Below are positions 29,816-39,971 of a stretch of 63,076 nucleotides of DNA, in pieces. Each line of letters begins with the position of its first letter. The first letter of the stretch is position 1. The stretch comes from an uncultured virus (IMG/VR IMGVR_UViG_3300025141_015636) (lineage: Duplodnaviria; Heunggongvirae; Uroviricota; Caudoviricetes): the IMG/VR virus record IMGVR_UViG_3300025141_015636; one strand, given 5' to 3'. Made by a program: the position numbers and the translations under genes. Under the pieces are notes generated by a model, which was not told where the DNA came from, made no database searches, and saw nothing but the letters and a program-made list of their open reading frames with translations.

Positions 29816-30205
29816 ATGAAAGTTTCTGATCTAATAGTTGAAAGTACCAAAAAACAACTGACGGGATCAAAGTCTCTTGATAGACTATTTGGCGGGTTAT
29901 CAGATGGGATGCCAGCATCTTCGTTATCTTTACCAGTTGATGTTAGCGCACCATCGTGGGAAACATTGCAAAATCCAGAAAGAATATCTAAGACATTTTC
30001 TTTTTCGTCCCTTGAAAAGCAAAGATATTTTTTAAATGAGCTTTTAACTTATCAGGAAGAGGTTCAACATCATGCATTGGTTATTATTGATGCTGAAAAT
30101 GTTACTATTGAAACTTATACACATGATATTAACTCTGTTACTGAAATTGACAAAGAGCTTGCAGATTTTTGTGATGAAGTATACGAGGATACAAGATTCT
30201 TCTAA
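29816..30205 (+). CDS. Pterin-4-alpha-carbinolamine dehydratase-like protein with N-terminal extension
   Basis: W...ISKTFSF...QHH...TYTHD...VTEIDKELA pattern. Confidence 0.75.
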   Translation: MKVSDLIVESTKKQLTGSKSLDRLFGGLSDGMPASSLSLPVDVSAPSWETLQNPERISKTFSFSSLEKQRYFLNELLTYQEEVQHHALVIIDAENVTIETYTHDINSVTEIDKELADFCDEVYEDTRFF

Positions 30206-30570
30206 TGACTAATACAGAAAAAGTAATTTTTAGCAAAGAGCTCGAAGAGGTAATAAATCCTGAAAATGTTTTCGGAAGAGATAATGATGGAAAAATACCG
30301 ATAGTAATATGGTCCCATGGTGCTTCTATATATACAGAAGTTATCTCTGCAAACATTGGAAGTAATAAAGCAAAGCTTTCTTTTAGGGTAAAGCCAAACT
30401 TGGCAAATTTGCTACTTATAAATAAAGATATTAGTAGAATCATAATTGGATACGATTCACCTGGGCAGTCTAGAAAATTTGATAATTGTAAAATTAAATC
30501 TTTAACTGTTGCAGCTGAAGGTGATATGTATCTTTGTAGATTAATAGTTGAAACAGGGCAATCCTTGTAA
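30205..30570 (+). CDS. Hypothetical protein
   Basis: Translationally coupled ORF. Confidence 0.55.
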   Translation: MTNTEKVIFSKELEEVINPENVFGRDNDGKIPIVIWSHGASIYTEVISANIGSNKAKLSFRVKPNLANLLLINKDISRIIIGYDSPGQSRKFDNCKIKSLTVAAEGDMYLCRLIVETGQSL

Positions 30571-30581
30571 GGGAGATTGAT

Positions 30582-30758
30582 ATGAAAAAAAGAGACTTCA
30601 CTTTTGATAAGTTTATAAAAGACATTGAAAAAAGAGAAATTGAATCAAAGAATAAAATACAAGAGCACCAGAGTGGTCAAGAGGAGCATCCTTGTAGAAA
30701 ATATAACAGACTCTATAGAGAGCACTGGCAAAACAGTACGAGATTTCGGAGAAAATAA
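30582..30758 (+). CDS. Small hypothetical protein (58 aa, absent from the ORF track)
   Basis: GGGAG RBS, MKKRDFTFDKFIKDIEKRE...; stop overlaps the next ATG. Confidence 0.55.
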   Translation: MKKRDFTFDKFIKDIEKREIESKNKIQEHQSGQEEHPCRKYNRLYREHWQNSTRFRRK

Positions 30759-31453
30759 TGTCGAGCGTAATACTTGATACAAAGAAAGAAATTTTTAACT
30801 TTTTTAAGATACTTGCAGAGGAAAGTGTAAAGGAGGCCAAGTCCGATCTTGAGCAATCTCCAACTGCAAGGAGACTTGAAAAAATGAGAAAGGAAGATAA
30901 AGGCGCATATTCTGATATAAAAGAAGCTGAAGATGATATTGATGCAAACGTTGAAGTAGAGGAAAACCCGGGAAGTGAAGATAGGCCTGAAAGAAAAGAG
31001 TTTAGAACTCCTGAGCAGGATGATATTGATATAGAAGAAGTTTCACTCGATTCAATAGCAGAAAAAATTAAGATAATGAGAAGCGGAAGATCAGTTGACG
31101 ATAGCTCTGTAAAAGACCAGTCAAGGGTTTATTTTGATATTCTCTCAGAGCCAGAAAGAAGAGCTCTGTACATATTTCTAGATGCACTTGCAGGTATAAT
31201 GACAGGAGCAGTTGATGGACAGCATGCACCTGACCCAAGCGATCATAATGTTTCGATAAGCAGAAAAAGAGAAGAGCAAGAGGTTTCGCAGGATCAAGAA
31301 GTAGAATTGAAATCTAAAGTTAAATTAGATAGTGAAGAAGAAGAGTCGGAAGAGGAAGAGTCAGAAGACACTAGTCCACCAATACAAGTTGGAAAACCTC
31401 AAGATCTATCTGAAATAAGAAAAAAAGTTATAAAACTTCTTGGAAAAAATTAA
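30758..31453 (+). CDS. Acidic hypothetical protein, probably virion-associated
   Basis: 231 aa; ILAEE near the N-terminus, C-terminal LSEIRKKVIKLL. Confidence 0.6.
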   Translation: MSSVILDTKKEIFNFFKILAEESVKEAKSDLEQSPTARRLEKMRKEDKGAYSDIKEAEDDIDANVEVEENPGSEDRPERKEFRTPEQDDIDIEEVSLDSIAEKIKIMRSGRSVDDSSVKDQSRVYFDILSEPERRALYIFLDALAGIMTGAVDGQHAPDPSDHNVSISRKREEQEVSQDQEVELKSKVKLDSEEEESEEEESEDTSPPIQVGKPQDLSEIRKKVIKLLGKN

Positions 31454-31484
31454 ACTTTAATTATTGTCAATATACTATTATCTT

Positions 31485-31661
31485 ATGAAAGATAGAAAAA
31501 TAAAGCTTGACAAGAAGTCAGAAATGAGTGTTTCAATTTTATCAAATGAACTTATTGAAAAAATAAAAAAAGAGTACAACGTTTCTTCTATAACTGATGA
31601 TATTGTTATAAAATTTTTTGAAGATGTTCTTAGAGAAGCAGCAATAAAATCTAAAAAATAA
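31485..31661 (+). CDS. Small hypothetical protein
   Basis: Short ORF; ATG 31485 preferred as start. Confidence 0.45.
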   Translation: MKDRKIKLDKKSEMSVSILSNELIEKIKKEYNVSSITDDIVIKFFEDVLREAAIKSKK

Positions 31662-31704
31662 ACTCTAATTATGCAGAATAATTATCTCTGTAGAGAGACT
31701 TAAG

Positions 31705-32976
31705 ATGCAATTAACAAGATCAAAGCTTAGAAAGCTTATTTTAAATGAGATAAGCTTTATGTATGAGACTGAAACTGAAGAACATATAAACGAGCTTGAA
31801 GAGCTAATTGATAGTATAACAAATCTTAAGAAAACCTTGCGAAAGGGAAAAGATAGAATTGGCCATAGAAAAGAATCTGCTAGATTGCAATCAGCAATCG
31901 AGGCTATCAGATATCTTAAGAGAAAATCTGAAAGAGGGTTAACAAAGAATCAAATACTTTCTGAGGGAGGTAGAAAAGTACCCGATAGTCAAAGAGCAAA
32001 GCTTACACCAGAAGTTGTAACGCAAGCAGTCTCTCTCTATAATGATCTTATAGAATTGTTTAATTCCTACTTAGCTGGGCTTGGAAAGGATCCGGTTAAT
32101 CCTATAAGACCAGTTGGTTCGACTTATTATTATCAAGAAGATCTTGAATCAAACTCTGATATAATCTACGGTGATGTAGATTACCTTGTAAGCTTACCTG
32201 CACCTCAATCTGATATTAACCTTGGGGAGTTTAGAAAAGAACAATCCAGGATTGAGAGAGAGTATACAGAGTTATTTCTTAACTTTCTTAGAGATACACC
32301 ACCTAGCTATGTAGATGTTAAGCTTACAGGTGATGTTTCACCTACTATGGTAATAGTTAAACTTTCAGATGGTAAGAAAATACAGATAGATTTAATAGCT
32401 ACTTCTCCAAGGTATGAAGATTGGATGCAAACAAGATGGGTTCCGGAAAAAGGCATAAAGGGATATGTTGGTGGAAATCTTTATAAGTCATTTGGCGATA
32501 CACTTCTATTGACAATAGGTGACCAGGGAGTTCTCGCTAGAATAAAAGATGGTGAAAGAGTTTCATCTAGAAAAAGAGGAAAAGATGTCCAGTTTATTCA
32601 AATTTCATCGAATCCTTCAACACTATTTAAAGACATAGCATTATATTTAATAGGAGATAATGCAACCCTTTCTGAAGACTTACTATCATTTCCAGGAATG
32701 AATCGGGAAAATATTTTAACATCTGATATTGCAAAGGGAATTAGAAGGGTTGCTGAAAATCTTGAATCAAATTCATCGCTTCCGGACAGATTTGTCAATA
32801 GTGTAGAGATGTTAGAAGAAGTACTTGCAAGATTCAAAATTGCGCTTGATAAGACAATTGAGAAAAAATCAAAACCAAGCTCAGCAGGTGAAACTATTCC
32901 AGAAGAAAAGATTAACAAGCTGGTAAAAATGAATGAAGGACAGTATAATAGTGTTAGAAATGAATTTGGATTATAA
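31705..32976 (+). CDS. Pol-beta-type nucleotidyltransferase-like protein with MQLTRSKLRKLILNE leader
   Basis: PVGSTYY...YGDVDYLV...IQIDLI (GS, DxD, third Asp); ILSE-GG precedes the domain. Confidence 0.65.
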   Translation: MQLTRSKLRKLILNEISFMYETETEEHINELEELIDSITNLKKTLRKGKDRIGHRKESARLQSAIEAIRYLKRKSERGLTKNQILSEGGRKVPDSQRAKLTPEVVTQAVSLYNDLIELFNSYLAGLGKDPVNPIRPVGSTYYYQEDLESNSDIIYGDVDYLVSLPAPQSDINLGEFRKEQSRIEREYTELFLNFLRDTPPSYVDVKLTGDVSPTMVIVKLSDGKKIQIDLIATSPRYEDWMQTRWVPEKGIKGYVGGNLYKSFGDTLLLTIGDQGVLARIKDGERVSSRKRGKDVQFIQISSNPSTLFKDIALYLIGDNATLSEDLLSFPGMNRENILTSDIAKGIRRVAENLESNSSLPDRFVNSVEMLEEVLARFKIALDKTIEKKSKPSSAGETIPEEKINKLVKMNEGQYNSVRNEFGL

Positions 32977-33635
32977 TGGACTTCTTTATATCAGACACAC
33001 ACTTTGGACATAAAAACGCTATAAGGTATTGCAATAGACCGTTTAGAACTGTTGATGAGATGAACGAGTCAATGATTGAAAGGTGGAATAGCACTGTAAC
33101 AGATAGAGATAGAGTTTTTGTCTTAGGGGATGTATTTATTATGGACCCTGCTGAAGCATCTAAAATTATAAAAAGTCTAAATGGCTATAAGATACTCATA
33201 GCAGGAAATCATGATAGGTCAGAAAAAACAATGCTTGAGTGTGGTTTTGATGAATATCATAGAAAATATGAATACAATATAAGCGGTCTTGGATCATGTC
33301 TTCTTATTCATTATCCTGTGCCAGATTTAATTATTGAGTCACTTGGTTATGACTTTTCAATACATGGCCACATACACAATGAACCAAAAAAATACGGCCT
33401 AAAGCTTAACGTAGCAGTAGATCTGATAGAATTTACACCAATATCACTTGACGACGTAATAGAAGATTTTACTAGCAGGCGTAGAAATAGTCAATCAACA
33501 AATGAGAAATTTTCAGCAAGTATCAACAATGGAATCTTAGAAGCTAGCATGAAAATAAGAATGGAAGATTTTTCAGGTGCTGTAGACCATATTTATAGCC
33601 TGATGAGAGGTCACTGGCCAGAGAGGAAAAAATGA
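32976..33635 (+). CDS. Calcineurin-like metallophosphoesterase
   Basis: ISDTHFGH, LGD, GNHD, IHYP, HGHIH, NVAVD. Confidence 0.9.
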   Translation: MDFFISDTHFGHKNAIRYCNRPFRTVDEMNESMIERWNSTVTDRDRVFVLGDVFIMDPAEASKIIKSLNGYKILIAGNHDRSEKTMLECGFDEYHRKYEYNISGLGSCLLIHYPVPDLIIESLGYDFSIHGHIHNEPKKYGLKLNVAVDLIEFTPISLDDVIEDFTSRRRNSQSTNEKFSASINNGILEASMKIRMEDFSGAVDHIYSLMRGHWPERKK

Positions 33636-36600
33636 AATTAGGATTATACGGTGGCGGTTTTAAACCGTTCACAACAGGCCACTTTGCAAAACTTGCCGAT
33701 GCAATTAGAGATAATGACAAAGTTATTTTGTTTTACGGTATTCAGCAACAAGAGCCACCAGAGTTCTATAAAAGGTCCAATAAAAAGAAAGGGATAAAAG
33801 CGGGAGATCGACGACCCCCTAGGCAAGATTTTAGAAAAATTGGAGATACTGGGAGAGAGTATAATGAAAATATAGGAAGTAAAGTATTTAAGGTCTATGA
33901 AAAAGCATTTGAAAGAATACCTGAGATAGAAATTATTCCAGTATACAGCCAAGATATTGATCAAGATTTTGATAAAAAGATGACTCCGCTTAATCAAATC
34001 TTTAAAGTTCTTGATAAATTTGCAGCTAACCCAGCATTATATGAAAAAGTTAGTATTTATGGAGATAGGGAATCTCTTCCTCGTTTTATTAATTATTCTC
34101 CGATTCAAAGCCTGAAAGATTCTGGTAAAATACAATTCGGAGGTGCTATCCCTTCCTCACCTTCTGACTATGAAGGGGAGGCGTTTGAGGCTTTGATGGC
34201 GGCAGGAGAAAAAGAAGCCCAGTCTGCTCTTAGAGATTATTATCTAAAAATGGATCAAGATATTTCTGATGAAGAATTGTCTGGTCGACAGGCTATAAGA
34301 GGTACTGACGTAAGGATGCATGCGTCAACAGAAGCAGGTGCAGAAGAAGCTATGAGATTTCTACCCCCTTTCCTTTCACAAGATGAAAAAATGGAAATAA
34401 TTAGAATCTTACAGGGCGAAGTAGAAAGAGAAGTAGAAAATGTTCAAGAGACTTTTATTTTACCCATTATTACTGATAGTACAATATTAAGAGCAGCAGC
34501 AAGATTTGAAGTTCAAAAGAGCAGAAAGAGTCGACTTGTAGAATCTTCTTCCACAAAGAAAGGTGAAGATCATATTCTTGGATTTACAGAAGATATGAAT
34601 TTAACTTTTGAAAACCTTAGGTCAATTATAAACGACGTGTTTTGGGGAAGGATTGAACATATCGAAGAAAAGATGGACGGGCAGAATTTTACATTTACAG
34701 TTAATGATAATGGAGAATTAAGAGTTTTTGGGAAGGGTGTTTCAGCAACAACACTTGATAAAGGCGGCAAAAATCTATCCGACATAGAGTCCGCATATTC
34801 AGGAAAGGAAAATCTCCTCGATGCTTTTTCATCTGCCTATTCAGTTGTTGAAAAATATATTTTAGGAAAGGATATTGACACTATTAGAAGACTTTTTAAA
34901 AATGGAAGGGTTGTTGTAGAAGGTCAAATTATGACACCGATAAATCCTAATACAATACCATATACTGAAAATCACGTAAGATTTGTTAGACCCTTTACAC
35001 CGGACAATATCGATATTGATCAAGAAGCCTACAGCGATATTTTTGAAGATACTGATATTGAAATACAAGATAAAAAAGGTAGATCATGGTCTTTTGGACC
35101 AGTCCCAAAGCTCGAACAAACACAAGTAGACGCAGAGGAAATTTCTTCAAAGATATCAGAGCTAGAGTCTGATATTGAAAATTTAATTAGCGGAATATCT
35201 CCTCCACCAAAAACTGTCGGAGACTATGCTTCGTATGCAATGGAGTCCTATATTGAAAATGTTGCGCCTGAAATTTCTTTAGAAATGCTAACACCTGATC
35301 AAAAGAGGCGAGCACTTGAAAGGCTTGCAACGGGAAATAAGAGCCTAATAGGAAAAAGAGAGATAGGCGATTCATGGAGTGAATTTCAGAAATTTGAAAA
35401 GCTAAGAACTGCACATGTAGCAGCAGCAATAGCTGATCTTGAGAAAATAATTCAAAAATTAGGAACATACTTTTTTGATACACTTGAGTTCGCACTCGCA
35501 ACAAACGAAGATGTAGTTTCAGATCTTGCAGCAGAAGTTGAAAAAATAAAAAGGGCAAGAGAGGCGGATCAAATTGTTATAAAGAATGCTGACTCTGGAG
35601 ATATATCTGATCTAATTGATACATCATGGGCAACAAAGCTAGATTCATCTTTGGCAAGAGTTGAACAAATGGACATGTTTAAAAAAGCAGTTGAAGGTGT
35701 AGTTCTTAGAATGCCCGATGAAAACGGACAGCAGATAGTTAGAAAACTGACTGGAATGTTTACACCTATTCACAGGCTAGTTTCACTTTTTAAGTATCCA
35801 GATAGATACAGTAGACAAGTTCTTTCAATAGAGGATGAACAACAAGACTTGACACAAGATGAGAGAGCTGCAATAAACGAAATCCTTTCTTCAGTTTTAA
35901 GAAAGATTAACGAAGGAGGCAATGCATTCAAAGATTCTGAGGGAAATATTGTAACATCATCTGAAAAGATTCCAAGGGATGTTGCAAATAGAATTCTTTC
36001 TGATTTAAAGGTAAATCTTCTAGATCCGCTTGGTTTAAAATTTGAGCCTGTTGGAAGCACAGATGATAGTCGCGAAGGAAGGCCAGAGGCATGGCAACCT
36101 TCTAGAATGCTTGGTGATATTGATATTCTTGTTGAGCTTCCTGATACACTTGTTGGCGAAACAGAGGATCAGAGACAGCAATATAGAGACCCTAGCTTAC
36201 AAGGTCTAGACAAGAAGGAGAGACAAAAGAGAAAATCAAGACAGCGAAAAATTGAAAGAGGGTTAGCTTCTGATACTCATAGAAAAGATGCATTATACGT
36301 TGCACTTAGAAACCACTCGTATCTTAGCGATGAGATAGTTAAGGGTGTTCCAAGAGTAATTGACTCATCTGACGGATCAAGAATACTGGTTCAAGATAAA
36401 GATACTGGAGAACTATACCAAGTTGATGTTGACCTAAAGGATTCGGATAGATCTTTTGATGATGAGAGGTGGGAAAGGTCTGGCGGCGGACACGGAACTG
36501 CAAAGGGACTGTATAGAAATCTTCTACTTTCATTTATAGCAAAGCTTAAGAGTCAAGAGGAGACAGCAGACTTAGGAAAAAATGTTAAAATAACTCTTGC

Positions 36601-38365
36601 TATTGGAAAAGGTTTAAGAAAGCAAGTCAGTGGTGAAGATGATATAACTGTCACAGATCCAGACGAATATCTTCCAATTCTTGGAATAGATGCGAGAAAA
36701 AACGAAGTTAGATCATTTGAGCAGCTTGTCGACTACATGATTAAAAATCCAAATGATGTATTTTTAAAAGCACTTGCTATTAGTCCACAAGGCGGCCAGA
36801 TAATGCCTGATACATTTGACAGATATGTTGGTAGACCACAAATGTCTGATCAAAATGAAATCGCATTTTCGTATATTAGAAATGCAATTGGGGATTCAAG
36901 CCTGCAAAAAGAGAACTATAAGAAATCAATTAGAAATATAGTAAGAAGAATTCTTTCAGAGGGCACAGATTCGCCTTCTGACTTTCCCTTTGTTAAAATT
37001 GTGTGGTCAGAAAAGCTAAAAATATTCTCTTCTGGAAAATGGAATCTCTGGAATGAAAGAGCATCTGCAACTGCTGACGGGGGGAAAGATCCCGAAGGCG
37101 CAGAGAAAGCAGTTGCAGCTATGGAAAATCTAATATATCTAGGTCATGAAGGATACGCGGTTGCATCCCAGGAAGATGGCGGTGTCCTTATCCAGGGAAA
37201 GGGAATAAATGCAAAGCTTGATCCCGATGAGGCAGTAGAATATATTATAGGAATTAGAACATCTTCAGAGTCTGAAGATCAAAGATTGCCAGACGTAAGA
37301 ATTAGACACGTTGCAGGTACAAAACCCTATGATCTTGAGCTTGCTTCAACAGGTGAAGCACTTGAGGTTAAGAAGATGGGAAGTAGAAATAAGCTTTCAA
37401 AGCTAGGCTCTGCAACTGGAAGGCTTTTTGACAGGCATGTCAAGATCATAAGACCTTTAAGATCTGCTGGGCAAATTGCACAAAGGTTCATAGAAGAAGG
37501 ATCAGTAGTAGACGAAGATGGTGTCGCTATAATTAGGCAAATAAATTCTGCTCCGGATAGCTTCGAAATAAACGATGTTGCAGACGCTGTTGAAATAATA
37601 GATTATTTTTTCAATAAGATACGATTTGGAAATTCTGCAAAAGAACTTCCAGGTGTTATGATTAAAGTTGAAGGCGGTCAGATAGGTGCTGGAATGGCAA
37701 GAAGGATTAAAATGGGAGATCTTTTGAACATTGAAGATCACGGAAATTTATTTGAAATTTGCAAGAAAGCTCTAAATAGTACACTCGGAGAATATTCACC
37801 TGCAAAAGAAAGATCGAAAGATAGATCTTCTGATAGTGTAGACGTTAAAGCATTTGCTGGTCCAGTTGATTATGAGGGAAAAGTTTCACTAGATTATTTT
37901 TATGATGAATTGATTTATAAACTATTTGACAGTGATTCTGATTCAAGCGAAATAGACGAAGATCTAATAACTTCTTACACAAAATCTGTTGAGCTCATTG
38001 CAGATATTTTCGGGCATCTTATAAAAATAAATGAAAGTCAGGGTTCTGATGTCTTTGATGATTTCATATCAGATCTTCACTATGGAGGTTTTTATGGTGT
38101 TGCACAAGACCATTACTATTCTGTACCGTGTGATTCTAAGCACCTTGATGTATACGGAACGACGCAAGGGTTCAGGGCAGTTCTTGAAATGAGAGAGATG
38201 CCCCCAGCTGGCCCTTCAATTCCAGATGTAAAGATTAAAAATGTACCCGAAGAAGAAGAGGTGGATCTTGAGATAGATCTGGAAAATGAAGATCCTGACG
38301 ACACAACACAGGACAAGGGCGAAGATGATAGGTTAGAAATAGAGGATCAACAAGGTGATACCTGA
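33632..38365 (+). CDS. 1577-aa multidomain protein: cytidylyltransferase-like + ligase-like (KxDG) + Pol-beta NTase + PD-(D/E)xK-like
   Basis: GGFKPFTTGH; EEKMDGQN, VEGVVLR, RKLTG; PVGS...GDIDILV...YQVDV; PYDLELASTGEALEVKK. Confidence 0.65.
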   Translation: MKLGLYGGGFKPFTTGHFAKLADAIRDNDKVILFYGIQQQEPPEFYKRSNKKKGIKAGDRRPPRQDFRKIGDTGREYNENIGSKVFKVYEKAFERIPEIEIIPVYSQDIDQDFDKKMTPLNQIFKVLDKFAANPALYEKVSIYGDRESLPRFINYSPIQSLKDSGKIQFGGAIPSSPSDYEGEAFEALMAAGEKEAQSALRDYYLKMDQDISDEELSGRQAIRGTDVRMHASTEAGAEEAMRFLPPFLSQDEKMEIIRILQGEVEREVENVQETFILPIITDSTILRAAARFEVQKSRKSRLVESSSTKKGEDHILGFTEDMNLTFENLRSIINDVFWGRIEHIEEKMDGQNFTFTVNDNGELRVFGKGVSATTLDKGGKNLSDIESAYSGKENLLDAFSSAYSVVEKYILGKDIDTIRRLFKNGRVVVEGQIMTPINPNTIPYTENHVRFVRPFTPDNIDIDQEAYSDIFEDTDIEIQDKKGRSWSFGPVPKLEQTQVDAEEISSKISELESDIENLISGISPPPKTVGDYASYAMESYIENVAPEISLEMLTPDQKRRALERLATGNKSLIGKREIGDSWSEFQKFEKLRTAHVAAAIADLEKIIQKLGTYFFDTLEFALATNEDVVSDLAAEVEKIKRAREADQIVIKNADSGDISDLIDTSWATKLDSSLARVEQMDMFKKAVEGVVLRMPDENGQQIVRKLTGMFTPIHRLVSLFKYPDRYSRQVLSIEDEQQDLTQDERAAINEILSSVLRKINEGGNAFKDSEGNIVTSSEKIPRDVANRILSDLKVNLLDPLGLKFEPVGSTDDSREGRPEAWQPSRMLGDIDILVELPDTLVGETEDQRQQYRDPSLQGLDKKERQKRKSRQRKIERGLASDTHRKDALYVALRNHSYLSDEIVKGVPRVIDSSDGSRILVQDKDTGELYQVDVDLKDSDRSFDDERWERSGGGHGTAKGLYRNLLLSFIAKLKSQEETADLGKNVKITLAIGKGLRKQVSGEDDITVTDPDEYLPILGIDARKNEVRSFEQLVDYMIKNPNDVFLKALAISPQGGQIMPDTFDRYVGRPQMSDQNEIAFSYIRNAIGDSSLQKENYKKSIRNIVRRILSEGTDSPSDFPFVKIVWSEKLKIFSSGKWNLWNERASATADGGKDPEGAEKAVAAMENLIYLGHEGYAVASQEDGGVLIQGKGINAKLDPDEAVEYIIGIRTSSESEDQRLPDVRIRHVAGTKPYDLELASTGEALEVKKMGSRNKLSKLGSATGRLFDRHVKIIRPLRSAGQIAQRFIEEGSVVDEDGVAIIRQINSAPDSFEINDVADAVEIIDYFFNKIRFGNSAKELPGVMIKVEGGQIGAGMARRIKMGDLLNIEDHGNLFEICKKALNSTLGEYSPAKERSKDRSSDSVDVKAFAGPVDYEGKVSLDYFYDELIYKLFDSDSDSSEIDEDLITSYTKSVELIADIFGHLIKINESQGSDVFDDFISDLHYGGFYGVAQDHYYSVPCDSKHLDVYGTTQGFRAVLEMREMPPAGPSIPDVKIKNVPEEEEVDLEIDLENEDPDDTTQDKGEDDRLEIEDQQGDT

Positions 38366-38621
38366 TAGAATAATAGCTGAAATAAAAAATATATCAGAAT
38401 ATACAGAAGACTGCGACGACTGGGTTGAAATCAAAAAAGAGATAATGAAAAGAATACCCTCAAATCTAAGAAAAAATTTTTCAAGAAGAGACCCCATAAC
38501 AAAAGAGCAAATTCCAAATGAATTTGACATGAACGTTATTAATTATTATTATAGCTTAACAGGTATAAAGTTGAAGATATTAACTCTCTCAGAGAGGAGG
38601 AAAAGAGATGATAAAGAATAA
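38355..38621 (+). CDS. Hypothetical protein
   Basis: Overlap-coupled ORF. Confidence 0.55.
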   Translation: MIPDRIIAEIKNISEYTEDCDDWVEIKKEIMKRIPSNLRKNFSRRDPITKEQIPNEFDMNVINYYYSLTGIKLKILTLSERRKRDDKE

Positions 38622-39531
38622 GAGAAGTAGAAGCAGTGAATCTAATTTAAGAAAATATAGCAAAGAGTTTCTTACAGAAAAGATCACAGGGAGAGAGAGG
38701 GGCGGAGAGACAAAGGGTCTTGCAACTGGTGGTCATTCTTATGAAGAATATTTTGGAGGACCAAGAGCATCAAATATTATCCTTGCACTACTTGGTTTGC
38801 CACAATCATTCCAGGATCTTATATCTAGTGGTATTAATTTTATAATGAGTATATTTTCTATTGCAGGCGCAATCTTTCCAGAACTTGGAAATGCCGGATC
38901 TCTTCTTCAAAATTTTCTAGGCAGAATATTTACAGCTGATACAGATAGAATAGCAAAAAATGCATTTGAAAGATCATGGAGAATGAAGCCTGGAAACCTT
39001 AGAGAATCTCAAGGTGAACAAACAAATATTACACAGCCGTTAAATATTAATGATACACTTAGTAATATGTTCGCTACTAATGATGAAGAAAGTGAAATAA
39101 TACCCATGGGTCATGTTGATCCTGAAGATATGTTTGATGACGAAGATATTCCAGAAACAGAGGCAGAAATAGAAGTATTCATTGGAAATCTTTTTTTGTG
39201 GATGACAGAGGTGAGTCAAAAAAGCGATGAGCTAGAAAGAATGGAGATAGGCGACCTAGTTGAGGAATTTATCAAATATATGAAAGGGATCAATCAATTG
39301 CCTTCTCATGAAAAAGAAGAGCTTGAAGAAATAGTTGCCCAAATCCCAATAGCAAAATATTCTCTTGCACCAGATACATTTATGAGAAGAGCTGGAAATC
39401 CTGTTCTCTATAGAACTGTTGATGTTGTTGTTGAAGGGTATCTTGTAAATGCAAAGAACCTAACTCAAGATCAAAGAGATGAAATAGCAACTAGAAGGCA
39501 ACAGCTTAGATCTGATCTTCGTGTTTTTTAG
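38608..39531 (+). CDS. Hypothetical protein
   Basis: 307-aa ORF; LRKYSKEFLTE near the N-terminus. Confidence 0.6.
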   Translation: MIKNKRSRSSESNLRKYSKEFLTEKITGRERGGETKGLATGGHSYEEYFGGPRASNIILALLGLPQSFQDLISSGINFIMSIFSIAGAIFPELGNAGSLLQNFLGRIFTADTDRIAKNAFERSWRMKPGNLRESQGEQTNITQPLNINDTLSNMFATNDEESEIIPMGHVDPEDMFDDEDIPETEAEIEVFIGNLFLWMTEVSQKSDELERMEIGDLVEEFIKYMKGINQLPSHEKEELEEIVAQIPIAKYSLAPDTFMRRAGNPVLYRTVDVVVEGYLVNAKNLTQDQRDEIATRRQQLRSDLRVF

Positions 39532-39576
39532 TTAACCAATTCTTTTATAAATGTATAATCAACTCAGGAGTTAAAA

Positions 39577-39945
39577 ATGACAACTAAGCGATGGATTCCA
39601 GAGATTATGTATGAAGAAGGTCAAGACGGTGAATCTTCATCAATTCCATTTATAATGGTTCCAAAAGATGAAGAGATGCCAAGTCTTTTGTATGTTTTTG
39701 AAAGCAGAGAGACAGAATCAGTTGAACCGGGAATGGAAGGAGAAGAGGTTCCGATTGTTGAATGGGATCTTCATCAGTATGCTGATATGGCTATTTTAAA
39801 ATCAAATCTTGATATGAATACATATGATAAAGTTAGAATTGCGCTAAATCTTGAACCAATGTCAGTTGCTATTAGAAAGGGTAACAAGATATCAAATACT
39901 ATAATTGGCAATATAGATAAAGAAAAATCTGTTCGAGCTGAATAA
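39577..39945 (+). CDS. Hypothetical protein
   Basis: AGGAG RBS and upstream TATAAT. Confidence 0.65.
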   Translation: MTTKRWIPEIMYEEGQDGESSSIPFIMVPKDEEMPSLLYVFESRETESVEPGMEGEEVPIVEWDLHQYADMAILKSNLDMNTYDKVRIALNLEPMSVAIRKGNKISNTIIGNIDKEKSVRAE

Positions 39946-39971
39946 TTAACTTTGAGCGGAGGCTTTTAACA

